A program made the position numbers and the translations under genes. Below the pieces are notes generated by a model that saw only the letters and a list, made by a program, of their open reading frames with translations, made no database searches and was not told where the DNA came from. From Minisyncoccota bacterium (GTDB lineage: Bacteria; Patescibacteriota; Minisyncoccia; Phycocordibacterales; UBA918): DNA of 64,000 bases. This document shows, one piece after another, positions 40,265 through 52,263 of the stretch. The stretch is from contig JAWKSR010000001.1 of assembly GCA_041389005.1 (NCBI GenBank), positions 102,465-166,464 of the forward strand, written 5' to 3'. Every line of letters starts with the position of its first letter. Within the stretch, counting starts at the first letter, position 1.

Positions 40265-42234
40265 ATGTCCGGAAACGAGATCAGAAAAAAATACTTAGAC
40301 TTCATGGCACAAAAGGGACACGCAATCATCCCTAGTGCTGCGTTAGTGCCGGAAAATGATCCAACAACGCTTTTTACCGGTAGCGGTATGCAACCTTTGG
40401 TGCCTTATTTAATGGGCGAGACACATCCTAAGGGTACCCGACTAGCAGACTCACAAAAGTGCTTTCGTGCTGAGGATATTGAAGAAGTGGGTGACAACCG
40501 ACATACTACGTTTTTCGAAATGCTTGGAAACTGGTCGCTTGGAGACTATTTCAAAGCAGAACAACTTCCATGGTTCTTTGAGTTTCTTGTCGAAGAAGTG
40601 GGGTTAGATCCAAACCGATTGTATGTGACCGCCTTTATTGGCGATGAAAAAGCTGGTGTACCAAAGGATACAGAGTCAGTCAAAATTTGGCAGCAACTTT
40701 TTGCCGAAAAGGGAGTAAGCAATGAGGTGGCAGACATCGGTAGTGAAAATGATGGATATGCCCGTGGCATGAAAGATGGTGAGCGTATTTTCTACTACGA
40801 TGGAGCAAAAAACTGGTGGAGTCGCGCCGGAGCACCGGAAAAAATGCCAGTCGGCGAGATTGGTGGGGAGACAGTGAAGTCTTCTACGAGTTTACTGATA
40901 TAGAACACGACCCAAAGTGGGGAGAACACTGTCATCCAAACTGTGACTGTGGACGGTTTATGGAAATCGGGAACTCTGTCTTTATGGAGTACATAAAGAC
41001 AGAAACCAGTTTTGAGAAACTACCAAAGCAAAACGTAGACTTTGGTGGCGGACTTGAGCGTATTGCTGCTGCCGCCAATAACTCGCCTGATATGTTTGAG
41101 GTTGATCTTTTGAAAGATGTTGTGCTGGCACTTGAAGCAGCGTCAGGTAAGTCATACCAAGACAATCTAGAAGCCTTTCGCGTCGTCACCGATCATATCC
41201 GAGGAGCAGTGTTTATGGTTGGCGATGGTGTATTGCCGAGCAACACTGAGCAGGGCTATTTTGTGCGGCGTTTACTGCGTCGCAGTGTCCGGTATGCCGA
41301 TGCCCTTGAACTCCCGACTGGAAGTTTAGGTACTCTAGCAAGCAGTGTGATAAAAACCTATCAAACTCACTACACTAATCTATCTGATAAACAAGCAGAC
41401 ATAGTTCATACCATAAACCAAGAAGAAGAGCAGTTTCGAAAGACCCTAGCACGCGGTTTGCGTGAATTTGAAAAGCGGGATGTAACTATCGCCGCTGAAC
41501 CATTGAAACTAAAGTTAAACCCCGCCACCAAAAAGCTGTTAAAAGAGCAGTTTCCGCTCAAAGTAAAAGCGAAGAAATCATTTGAAGGTATCGGCGCGCG
41601 GCGCGCTTTTGAGCTTTTTACAACCTACGGATTTCCGATTGAACTAACCATAGAAGAAGCCGCTAAACACGGGAAAAAAGTAGACATTGAAGGGTTTGAA
41701 CGCTTAATGAAAGAACACAAAGAGAAATCCCGAGCTGGTGCAGAGCAAAAGTTTAAGGGTGGCTTAGCAGACCATTCGGAAAAAGTAGTGCAGTATCACT
41801 CAGCGACACACCTCATGTTAGCGGCTCTCCGCCACTTTCTTGGCGAACACGTCCACCAAGCAGGTTCAAACATCACTGGTGAGCGGTTACGCTTTGATTT
41901 CACCCATCCGGAAAAGGTAGAACGAGAAACATTAGATAAGATAGAAGCCTGGGTGAATAACGCTATCAAAATGGGAGGTGTGGTTACTACTGAAACCATG
42001 CCCAAAAACCAAGCTGAAAATGATCCAACTGTGGAGGGGAGCTTCTGGGATCGTTATCCAGATGAAGTAAAGGTCTATACCATGACTGGCACTGACGGCA
42101 CTATTTTTTCTCGCGAACTATGTGGTGGACCACACGTAGAAAAACTTGAAGATATTATTGGTACGTTCAAGATTAAAAAGGAAGAATCCTCCTCAGCTGG
42201 AGTACGACGCATTAAGGCTGTCCTGATTGACTAA
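40265..42234 (+). pseudogene. alaS: Alanine--tRNA ligase (short form), one frameshift near 40868
   Basis: Class II core (FFEMLGNWSLGDYFK) and editing-domain motifs (HSATHLMLAALRH, CGGPHV). ORFs 40259-40903 and 40816-42234 join at ...PVGEIGG/GDSEVFYEF when one G is restored in a G-run. Confidence 0.9.
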
Positions 42235-42293
42235 ACAAAGCCAACTCCACAGTAACAACCTGTAATACAGAAGCAAGCTAGTATAATAAAACC

Positions 42294-43481
42294 ATGTTTG
42301 GTCTTAAAAAACATGGTCCTGATGGGCGTTATGGTGCCATCATTGACATTGGTTCGGGTAGTGTTGGTGTCGGTATTGTCGTTTCCGATCCTTTGGAAGA
42401 AATGCCTCGAGTTTTGTGGACACATCGCGAACAGATTGTAGAGCGAGATACAGAAAATCTTAAGGTAGTTGAGAAAGATATTACTGTAGCGATTGTTAAT
42501 GCCGTGCTTGAGTTGGGGAACACTGGGATACAGTCCCTCAGACACTATGATGCGAGCGCTAAACTTCACGACATTCAGGTAGCAGTGTCAGCGCCGTGGT
42601 CATACACCGTTTCACAAACGACTACGGTAAAAAAGGAGCAACCTTTCCCAGTCACAGACCACCTCAAAGCAGAACTCACTCAAACAGCCATACAACAAGT
42701 AACTGAAAAGGCGCAACAAGCAAAAGAAGATGAACACTGTAAGGTGCGCATAGTTTCAAACGCAACAGTGCAATTGACTGTTAACGGCTATACCGTTTCA
42801 CAAACCTATAATCACTCTGCTACTGAACTTTCCCTCACACAGTTATTGGGTGTAGTGGAGGAGCGAATCGTCTCCGGGCTCGAAGACGCTTTGGAGAAAG
42901 TGCTCCCAGAAATACCATTGCAGGTACATACCTTTATGTACGTATACTCAAAAGGCTTACAAGATTTAGCCGGTGATATGTCACACGCCTGCTTAGTTGA
43001 TGTTACCGCACGCGCTACTGAGATCGGAACGGTCACCGGTGGAATTTTAAAACATACAACGCACATACCACAAGGAACTGCGACTTTGGCACAAAAAATT
43101 GCTCGGGTCTGCAATGTAACTACTGAAGAAGCTCGGAGTTACTTATATGAGTCTGCGAGCGATATAACAAATACTTTGACAAAAACGAAATTAGAGAAAC
43201 TCGCGGCCATTGATACAGACTACGAAACCGCCCTCACTGACTTACTTACTCAAACGCGAGCAGTAACACCAGTTTCAAATATTGTCTACTTACACACTGA
43301 GCAAGTGTTTGAGTACTATTTTAAAGAGCGATTCAAACACATACGAACCAAACGGTCTTACACTATACATCCGACTACCTCTTCACATTTCTCCAAAGTA
43401 GAAAGCAATGATACAGCGCTTCACTTATCTGCTTACGTTTTCCACAAGCGGCTAACAGACGTCCCGCTACAGGCCTCATAG
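42294..43481 (+). CDS. Hypothetical protein with an actin/Hsp70-fold (ASKHA)-like N-terminal motif
   Basis: GAIIDIGSGSVGVGIV resembles the phosphate-1 motif of PilM, FtsA or Ppx-type ATPases. The rest is unassigned. Confidence 0.35.
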   Translation: MFGLKKHGPDGRYGAIIDIGSGSVGVGIVVSDPLEEMPRVLWTHREQIVERDTENLKVVEKDITVAIVNAVLELGNTGIQSLRHYDASAKLHDIQVAVSAPWSYTVSQTTTVKKEQPFPVTDHLKAELTQTAIQQVTEKAQQAKEDEHCKVRIVSNATVQLTVNGYTVSQTYNHSATELSLTQLLGVVEERIVSGLEDALEKVLPEIPLQVHTFMYVYSKGLQDLAGDMSHACLVDVTARATEIGTVTGGILKHTTHIPQGTATLAQKIARVCNVTTEEARSYLYESASDITNTLTKTKLEKLAAIDTDYETALTDLLTQTRAVTPVSNIVYLHTEQVFEYYFKERFKHIRTKRSYTIHPTTSSHFSKVESNDTALHLSAYVFHKRLTDVPLQAS

Positions 43482-43508
43482 AGCGGTATACTTAGAGTAC
43501 GTACACGT

Positions 43509-44837
43509 ATGGATAAAAAGTGGAATTTGCAGGACATCCGACCCGCGACACCACGACGCAGTCAGCGTCCCGATCGTAGAGCTGACAAAGTTGAATCGGC
43601 AAGTGACGATTCACAAACCGTGGTCACTCATGATGCCAATGAGGGTGCTTTACGAGTGCAGATAAAAAATGGGAAAAAGCACTCCCGGCTGGGCTTGCTT
43701 GGTGCCTTTGGTTTGTTTTTTGTTATTATTTTGGGCGGTTTTATTCTTAGTTTATTGTCTGCCGGCGCTGAGGTTACGGTTGAACCTCGGCACCGAGAAC
43801 CAAACGTGAACGCGGCTTTTACTGCGTATCGAACGCCGCAAGTAGATGAGCTTTCCTACGAAACAATGGTCTTGGAAGCAGAAGGGGAGCGACAAGTGAG
43901 TGCTACTGGACAGGAAGAGGTGGAAGAACAAGCAGAGGGAGTTATAACTATATATAAAACTACTCCTGGTACTGAGCGACTCATCAAAAATACTCGCTTC
44001 GAATCACCCGATGGTCTGGTCTTTCGCGTAAAAGAGTCTGTCGTGGTGCCAGGTGCAGTAGAAAGTAACGGTGAAGTATCCCCAGGCTCTATCAACGCTG
44101 AAGTCTTTGCTGACAATGTAGGCGAGCAATACAATCTCGTAGCTAACACTCGCTTCACAGTTCCTGGGTTTAAGGAGGGAGGATATACTGAACTTTACAA
44201 TGCTATTTATGCGGAAAACACCGATGCGTTTACTGGCGGATTCTCGGGCGTTAAATTTGTGATTGATGAAAATGAACTTGAGACCGCTAAGCAAGCTTTG
44301 CAAACAGAATTACGGGATTCGTTGCTAGGAAGAGTAGACGCAGAAAAGCCAGCTGGGTTTGTGGTCTTTGAAAGCGCTATCACGTTTACCTACGAATCTC
44401 TCCCGGCAGTGGAATATGGCGAAAACCTTGCCACTATAAAAGAACGAGCATTACTTCAAATACCGATTTTTAAAGCTGAAGACTTTGCGGCATACATTGC
44501 TGCTTCAACCGTGCCAGGATACGAAGGAGAGTCCATGCGTATAGATAATGTTTCTGAGCTTGAATTTACGTACACCTCTGCTACGACAACCAGTACTGAC
44601 ATTGGTAACGTGGATTCAGTTGAATTCAAACTTGTTGGCAAGCCACAATTAGTGTGGACCTATGATGAAGAGCGTCTCAAGACAGATCTTTTAGGCGCTC
44701 CAAAAACCGCACTTACTTCAGTTCTTGGAGGGTACCCCGCGTTAGAAAAAGCACGGGCTGTCATTCGACCATTTTGGAAGCGTGCATTTCCTCAAGAACT
44801 TGATAAGATAGAGATTATTGAAGAGATACACCGCTAG
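43509..44837 (+). CDS. Hypothetical membrane-anchored protein (442 aa)
   Basis: Basic N-terminus, one TM helix (LGLLGAFGLFFVIILGGFILSLL), and a large extracytoplasmic domain. Confidence 0.45.
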   Translation: MDKKWNLQDIRPATPRRSQRPDRRADKVESASDDSQTVVTHDANEGALRVQIKNGKKHSRLGLLGAFGLFFVIILGGFILSLLSAGAEVTVEPRHREPNVNAAFTAYRTPQVDELSYETMVLEAEGERQVSATGQEEVEEQAEGVITIYKTTPGTERLIKNTRFESPDGLVFRVKESVVVPGAVESNGEVSPGSINAEVFADNVGEQYNLVANTRFTVPGFKEGGYTELYNAIYAENTDAFTGGFSGVKFVIDENELETAKQALQTELRDSLLGRVDAEKPAGFVVFESAITFTYESLPAVEYGENLATIKERALLQIPIFKAEDFAAYIAASTVPGYEGESMRIDNVSELEFTYTSATTTSTDIGNVDSVEFKLVGKPQLVWTYDEERLKTDLLGAPKTALTSVLGGYPALEKARAVIRPFWKRAFPQELDKIEIIEEIHR

Positions 44838-44910
44838 TCTCATTACCATGAGACTAAGAGCACTCTTCCTTGGTATCCACACAAAAGCGGTGCAAAGGGC
44901 GTTAAAACAG

Positions 44911-44939
44911 TTGACGTTTAGGCGTGTCTTTGTTACACT
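44911..44939 (+). promoter_or_regulatory. Sigma-70-like promoter (TTGACG-17-TACACT) upstream of infA
   Basis: Hexamers at 44911-44916 and 44934-44939. Confidence 0.45.
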
Positions 44940-44956
44940 CTCACCCGTTTAAAGTA

Positions 44957-45175
44957 ATGTCAGAACAGCAACCAGAAAACCTCGTCTACGGGACAGTGGA
45001 GGAGGCGCTACCCAATGCGCTTTTTCGAGTTGTGATGGACGAGACAGGTGAAACTGAATTAGCGTACCTCGCAGGTAAGATGCGTAAGTTCAGAATCCGA
45101 GTGCTCGTTGGAGACAAAGTAGCGATATTACCTGACCCTTATGGAGGTAAAGGTAGGATCACAAAGCGGTTATAG
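44957..45175 (+). CDS. infA: Translation initiation factor IF-1
   Basis: 72 aa. S1-like fold: [44 protein letters not shown]. Confidence 0.9.
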   Translation: MSEQQPENLVYGTVEEALPNALFRVVMDETGETELAYLAGKMRKFRIRVLVGDKVAILPDPYGGKGRITKRL

Positions 45176-45184
45176 TATTCACGT

Positions 45185-45301
45185 ATGAAAGTTCGATCAT
45201 CGATCAAAAAACGAAGCGCAGATGACATTATCGTTCGCAGACGAGGGCGTGTTTACGTTATTAATAAGAAAAAGCCTCGCCACAAGCAACGGCAAGGCTA
45301 A
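45185..45301 (+). CDS. rpmJ: 50S ribosomal protein L36
   Basis: 38 aa: [38 protein letters not shown]. Below the ORF-track size cutoff. Confidence 0.9.
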   Translation: MKVRSSIKKRSADDIIVRRRGRVYVINKKKPRHKQRQG

Positions 45302-45313
45302 TCAGTGTAGAGT

Positions 45314-45691
45314 ATGCGTATTTCCGGTATCACAATTCCAGACAACAAACATCTTTCGTTCGGTCTAACGAGTGTATATGGCGTTGGACGGGCACGGGCA
45401 AGCGAAATCTTGGCTGACCTCAAGATAGACGCTTTCACAAAGCCAACAGATCTCTCACCAGAGCAAGAAAACGCAGTCCGAGAGAAAATTGAAGCGTTCT
45501 TGATTGAAGGTGAACTAAAACGAAAAGTTTCAGCTGATATTAAGCGTTTGAAAGATATCCAGTCATATCGCGGTTCACGACACGCAAAGCGTCTTCCTGT
45601 ACGCGGGCAACGTACGAAAACTAATGCCCGCACACTCAAAGGTGCTAAGAAAACCATGGGTTCAGGTAAGCGTAAGCTTGAGAAAACGTAG
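45314..45691 (+). CDS. rpsM: 30S ribosomal protein S13
   Basis: MRISGITIPDNKHLSFGLTSVYGVGRARA...YRGSRHAKRLPVRGQRTKTNART. Confidence 0.95.
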   Translation: MRISGITIPDNKHLSFGLTSVYGVGRARASEILADLKIDAFTKPTDLSPEQENAVREKIEAFLIEGELKRKVSADIKRLKDIQSYRGSRHAKRLPVRGQRTKTNARTLKGAKKTMGSGKRKLEKT

Positions 45692-45718
45692 AATTTGTAA
45701 AATTTATCAGATATTCCT

Positions 45719-46150
45719 ATGGGTAAGAAACGTATTATAAAGAAAGGAGGTGGTTCAGACGTGGCAGGTACTTCACGGGCTCTTAATCGCGTGCCAAAAA
45801 AGAAGCTGGCGGCTGGACGGCTTAATGTTCTGGCTACCTTTAACAACACATTGGTAACCTTGTGTGACCAAAAGGGGAATAGTATTATCTCCGCTTCTTC
45901 AGGGGCGCTTGGCTTTAAAGGATCTCGTAAGAGTACGCCGTTTGCTGCTGCTAAGGTAGGCGAAATTATTGGTGATAAAGCGCAGCAAATGGGAATGAAA
46001 GAAGCCGAAGTGGTAATCCGCGGTGTTGGTGCCGGGCGAGAGTCTGCATTGCGTGCGTTTGCTGGCAAAGGTATCGCTATCAGTAAGATTACTGACAAGA
46101 CACCGGTCCCTCATAACGGTCCCCGTCCACCTAAGCCACGAAGAGTATAG
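45719..46150 (+). CDS. rpsK: 30S ribosomal protein S11
   Basis: GRLNVLATFNNTLVTLCDQKGN...GFKGSRKSTPFAA...DKTPVPHNGPRPPKPRR. Confidence 0.95.
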   Translation: MGKKRIIKKGGGSDVAGTSRALNRVPKKKLAAGRLNVLATFNNTLVTLCDQKGNSIISASSGALGFKGSRKSTPFAAAKVGEIIGDKAQQMGMKEAEVVIRGVGAGRESALRAFAGKGIAISKITDKTPVPHNGPRPPKPRRV

Positions 46151-46159
46151 TATTTGCGT

Positions 46160-46768
46160 ATGAAAATTGGTCCAAAATTCAAAATTGCTAAACGCCTCGG
46201 AGCCCCAATCTTCGAAAAGACTCAGACTCAAAAGTTTGCGTTATCTGAAGCACGTGGCGGACGCAAGCGGCAGCGCCGTCCTGGTGCAATGAGTGACTAT
46301 AAGCGTCAGCTTATTGAAAAGCAAAAAATGCGTTTTTCTTATGGTATCTCTGAAAAACAGTTGCGAAAGTATGTGGCACAAGCAGTTGAAAAAAGCGATC
46401 AGCCGATTGCTAAGCTTATGGAGCAACTGGAAATGCGCCTTGATAACGTTGCTTACCGCCTTGGTTTGGCAAAAACCCGCCAAATGGCACGTCAAATGGT
46501 CTCACATGGACACTTGATGGTAAATGGTAAGAAATTCACCATTCCATCACACAAAGTACGTACCGGCGATGTCATTACAGTCCGAGAGGGAAGTCAGAGC
46601 TCAGCACTATTTACCAACCTTGCTGAAGAACATCAGAATGCGGGAGTGCCAGGTTGGTTGAAATTTGATGTGAAGAAATTGTCTGGTTCGGTTGTTGGCA
46701 TACCGTCGTATGAGCCGTCTGAAACGCTGTTTGACCCTGAACAAGTTCTGGAATACTACAGTCGATAG
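46160..46768 (+). CDS. rpsD: 30S ribosomal protein S4
   Basis: GPKFKIAKRLG...YGISEKQLRKY...S4 domain (LDNVAYRLGLAKTRQMARQMVSHGHLMVNGK). Confidence 0.95.
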   Translation: MKIGPKFKIAKRLGAPIFEKTQTQKFALSEARGGRKRQRRPGAMSDYKRQLIEKQKMRFSYGISEKQLRKYVAQAVEKSDQPIAKLMEQLEMRLDNVAYRLGLAKTRQMARQMVSHGHLMVNGKKFTIPSHKVRTGDVITVREGSQSSALFTNLAEEHQNAGVPGWLKFDVKKLSGSVVGIPSYEPSETLFDPEQVLEYYSR

Positions 46769-46807
46769 TTAGTTGGAATTATTCATTTGTTAGTTAAGCG
46801 CATAATC

Positions 46808-47770
46808 ATGCTAGAAACAAACGTAGCACTACCAAGTAAACCACGTGTAGTCAAAGAAGAGGAATTTCAAGGGGTATATGAAATCGATGGTCTTTATCCT
46901 GGATATGGGCATACTCTAGGAAACTCATTACGACGCATTATTCTTTCTTCGTTGCCTGGCGCAGCTATTACACACGTAAAGGTGGACGGTGTTAAACACG
47001 AATTTGAGACCATTAGTGGTGTAAAGGAAGACGTGATTACATTGCTTCTTAACATCAAGCGGACTCGTATCGCTTTGCATAGCGATGAGCCAGTTACTAT
47101 GTCATTGAAGAAATCTGGCGCTGGCGTTGTAACTGCTAAAGACATCGAGGCTCCAAGTCAGATTGAAGTTCTCAGTCCTGACCAACACTTGGCAGAAATC
47201 ACAACTAAAAATGGTTCACTTGATATCGAGATGACCGTTGAACGCGGGCTTGGCTACGTAGCTCGTGAGATTCACCAAAAAGATAAGGTGGATATCGGTA
47301 GTATTGCTCTTGATGCTGTCTTTACACCGATTAGACGTGCAAACTACGAAGTTGAAAACATGCGTGTTGGCGATCGTACTGACTATAATCGTCTTCGTCT
47401 GTTTATTGAAACTGATGGGACTATGACTCCACGCGAGGCTTTGGAGCAAGCAATCGAAATCATGGTACATCAACTTAAGGCTGTTATTGGTTTCAAAGAA
47501 CCAGCGGTAAATGAGCCTGCTGAGGAAGTCGATGAGGCTACTACTGCCAAGCCAGAAGAGATCGACCCAGACGTATTAAAGACTCGTATTGAGACCCTTG
47601 ATTTATCTGCCCGTACTTTAAGCGCGCTAGAGGAAGCCAACATCCGTACTATCGGTGGACTTGTGCGAAAGAAAAAAGATGATATTCTTGCGCTCGATGG
47701 TATTGGTCCGAAAGGAGTAGAAGAAATCGTTGAATTGCTCAACGGCATGAACGTAGCTTTGGCTGAATAA
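46808..47770 (+). CDS. rpoA: DNA-directed RNA polymerase subunit alpha
   Basis: N-terminal dimerisation domain ([24 protein letters not shown]) and C-terminal domain ([23 protein letters not shown]). Confidence 0.95.
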   Translation: [320 protein letters not shown]

Positions 47771-47786
47771 TTTCAATTACAAACGT

Positions 47787-48143
47787 ATGCGACACGGAAA
47801 TAAAAACAGAACACTAAGCAGAACCCGTCGAGGACGTAGTGCTTTGCTTCGTGGTCTAGCTGTGTCTTTGATTGAAAACGGACAAATTAAAACAACTGAA
47901 GCAAAAGCTAAGGAACTTCGTCCCTTTGCTGAGCGCCTCGTAACCTACGGAAAGAAAGCGACTGTTGCTTCACGCCGGCTAGCGGCAACTGCGTTAGGGG
48001 AGCCTAAAGATGTGGTAATCAAAAAACTGTTTGATGAAATTGCTCCTACGTATAAAGAGCGGTCTGGTGGATACACTCGTATCATAAAAGTGGGACGAAC
48101 GGATGCTGGTCGCGATGAAGCAGTCATTGAGTTTGTTAAATAA
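47787..48143 (+). CDS. rplQ: 50S ribosomal protein L17
   Basis: MRHGNKNRTLSRTRRGRSALLRGLA...GGYTRIIK. Confidence 0.95.
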   Translation: MRHGNKNRTLSRTRRGRSALLRGLAVSLIENGQIKTTEAKAKELRPFAERLVTYGKKATVASRRLAATALGEPKDVVIKKLFDEIAPTYKERSGGYTRIIKVGRTDAGRDEAVIEFVK

Positions 48144-48145
48144 GT

Positions 48146-48508
48146 ATGGAAAAGGAAACGCAAACAAACGAATATACTATTGACGCTAAAGGTAAGCGTC
48201 TAGGGAAGGTTGCTACCGAAGCAGCAACTGTTTTGATGGGTAAGAATCGTACTGACTTTGCCAAGCATACTGTAGCTCCAGTAAGTGTGAAAATTGTTAA
48301 CGCTTCACAGCTTGATGTAACTGATAAAAAGAAAAATGAGATTTACCAGAGCTACTCTGGATATCCAGGCGGTCGAAGAACTGAAACACTCGAACACTTA
48401 GGAGAACGACGGGGATACGCAGAGGTTGTACGCCGCACTGTAAAAGGCATGCTTCCTAAGAATCGTTTGCAAAGTATTCTTATGCATAATCTTGAAGTAA
48501 CTGAATAA
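48146..48508 (+). CDS. rplM: 50S ribosomal protein L13
   Basis: IDAKGKRLGKVATEAATVLMGKNR...YSGYPGG...VKGMLPKN. Confidence 0.9.
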   Translation: MEKETQTNEYTIDAKGKRLGKVATEAATVLMGKNRTDFAKHTVAPVSVKIVNASQLDVTDKKKNEIYQSYSGYPGGRRTETLEHLGERRGYAEVVRRTVKGMLPKNRLQSILMHNLEVTE

Positions 48509-48512
48509 TTTT

Positions 48513-48920
48513 ATGGCTACTGCAACTAAAAAATACATAGAAGGAATCGGACGACGTAAGACAGCCTCTGCTCGCGTGCGTTTGACTCCAGCTAAAGCAA
48601 CTACTTTTTCAATCGATGGTAAAACTCTTGAAGAGTATTTTGGACACGAAGCACTTATTCAAGATGTGCAATCAGTTCTAGCTACAGAAGACGCTGGTAT
48701 TGAAAACTATGAAATTACAGCCAAAGTTTCAGGTGGAGGTCTTTCTTCACAAGCTGAAGCTATTCGTCTTGGTATTGCTCGAGCGCTCGTAAAGGAGAAA
48801 GCTGACCGCCGTAGTGCCCTTAAGAAAGAAGGTTTCCTCAAACGCGATCCTCGTTCAGTGGAGCGCAAGAAGTTTGGTTTACGTAAAGCCCGCCGCCGAC
48901 CTCAGTGGTCAAAGCGTTAG
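48513..48920 (+). CDS. rpsI: 30S ribosomal protein S9
   Basis: GIGRRKTASARVRL...GGGLSSQAEAIRLGIARAL...ERKKFGLRKARRRPQWSKR. Confidence 0.95.
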   Translation: MATATKKYIEGIGRRKTASARVRLTPAKATTFSIDGKTLEEYFGHEALIQDVQSVLATEDAGIENYEITAKVSGGGLSSQAEAIRLGIARALVKEKADRRSALKKEGFLKRDPRSVERKKFGLRKARRRPQWSKR

Positions 48921-48960
48921 AAAAAAGCCTCCCTGCGGAGGTTTTTTTCTAACGCTTTGA
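48909..48960 (+). terminator. Very long terminator hairpin overlapping the rpsI stop codon
   Basis: A 24-bp stem tcaaagcgttagaaaaaagcctcc / ggaggtttttttctaacgctttga with one G.U and loop ctgc. The inner part reads as a classic GC stem plus T7. Confidence 0.8.
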
Positions 48961-49689
48961 CGGCGGAGTGATGTTTCCGACTCCTTTCCTAGAGTTGGAA
49001 ACAAGCGAGCCGAGGCTCGAGGAGTACTTAGTACAATCATAGCGAAGCTGATGATTGTACTTAGTAACTTTCTAGAGGAAACGCGGTTTCTTACCATTTT
49101 GTCCGGTCCGACCGTGAGGGGAGATGTGTGTTTACGAAAGCGTAGGGGGAACAAGTTTATCTCAGCACATAACGGGGGCAGACAAACTCTGTCTTCACTC
49201 CCCGCCACCCAAAAACCGCCGGTAGGCAGTTCTTTGGTTGACTCGATGAAGCCCTTTATGTGACAAACTCGTTTATGAGTTCTAGGAACTCACCCTCCTC
49301 AGTGCGTTACCAACGTGGGTAACTTCACTTTTTCCACTTAGCCCGAGCCTTGTGTCAAGTGGTCTAGAATTCTTTCGTTGCCAAAGCATCACTAGCGCTC
49401 CGACTGACGTTCAAAGAGTCCTACAACGATGAACTCTTCGCCATTCCCACTGACGAATCAGTGGCATACATATAATACCAAGTTCGTAAAGATTCTTTTT
49501 ACCAGAATACACATTTGTGCGTTTGACAAGAATGCGATTCTTAAAAAAGCTTTGCAACATAACACTTTTGTTTGTTTTTGACTTCGCAAAAAAACAAATG
49601 TATATTTCAAACACGATGCATTCTCCAAACCGCATACTATGGTTTTCTCTGTTTAATGCACGCTTTAAAATTTAAAAACACTCACTGTA

Positions 49690-50296
49690 ATGACTGAAAA
49701 AAATTCTCAAGCAGCTGAGTCGGACATAGAACCAGTTAACGAAGAGTCATTTACTGACACGGAACTCGTTGAAGAGGAAACGCAGTATCAGGATAAACTC
49801 AAGAAACTGCGTGAAGAGCTCAAAAACAGTGCGACACTGAAAAAGAAGCACCTAGAAGACCTACAACGAGCTAAAGCCCGACTTTCTTAACGCTAAGAAA
49901 CGTTTAGAAAGCGAGAAAGAATCTGGTGAAGGATAATACTATCAACGAACTGATACGTTCTTTACTTCCGCTGTGTGACAGTTTTCATGTGGCTCGCTCC
50001 GATGATGCACTGTAGCGAAAGTACTGACCCAAAGTGGCGCTCTGGCGTAGAGCTATCGAGGCGCAACTTAAAAATGTGCTAAAGACTTACGGAGTAACTG
50101 CGATAGCATCTGAAAATGAAATGTTTGACCCAGAACACCATGAGGCAGTACAAACTGGTATTCCGGTGAAGACAAGGCACAAGATGGCGTAGTGATAACT
50201 GTTGTACAACCAGGCTATCAACGCACTGCAGCAGCTGACACCAATACCGTCATCCGTCCCGCCCGTGTCAGTGTCGGAGAATACACTCAGAAATAA
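49690..50296 (+). pseudogene. grpE: Nucleotide exchange factor GrpE, several frame changes and stops
   Basis: Segments in different frames: acidic N-terminus plus coiled coil (QYQDKLKKLREELK...DLQRAKA/FLNAKKRLESEKE), LLPLCDSFH, LKNVLKTYGVTAIASENEMFDPEHHEAV, GVVITVVQPGYQ...IRPARVSVGEY. Confidence 0.8.
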
Positions 50297-50336
50297 CTTT
50301 ACTTTAAGATTCACTGAATAACTATTATGGCAAAAA

Positions 50337-52210
<1,874 letters not shown>

Positions 52211-52263
52211 AGCGTAGCTATTCGCTCTGCCTGTAGTTTGTGGCATAATGCCAGCTATCAACC

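Noticed and set aside
45298-46098. A 266-aa ORF on the minus strand
   Set aside because: It lies exactly antisense to rpsM and rpsK, which have unmistakable ribosomal-protein sequences on the + strand. Its own translation is low-complexity (Pro/Ser/Arg-rich) with no recognisable motif. It is a shadow ORF.
48961-49400. Assignment of the rpsI-grpE gap to RNase P RNA, tmRNA or SRP RNA
   Set aside because: Only short partial matches were found. The invariant RNase P CR-I and CR-V blocks are absent. A tRNA-like acceptor/T-arm with a resume-codon tag for tmRNA is absent. The GGAAGCAGCC-type SRP domain IV is absent. The region is left as unassigned rather than named.
49400-49689. A CIRCE/HrcA operator (TTAGCACTC-N9-GAGTGCTAA) upstream of grpE-dnaK-dnaJ
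   Set aside because: I scanned the upstream region by eye and found no inverted repeat resembling CIRCE. No hrcA gene is recognisable either.
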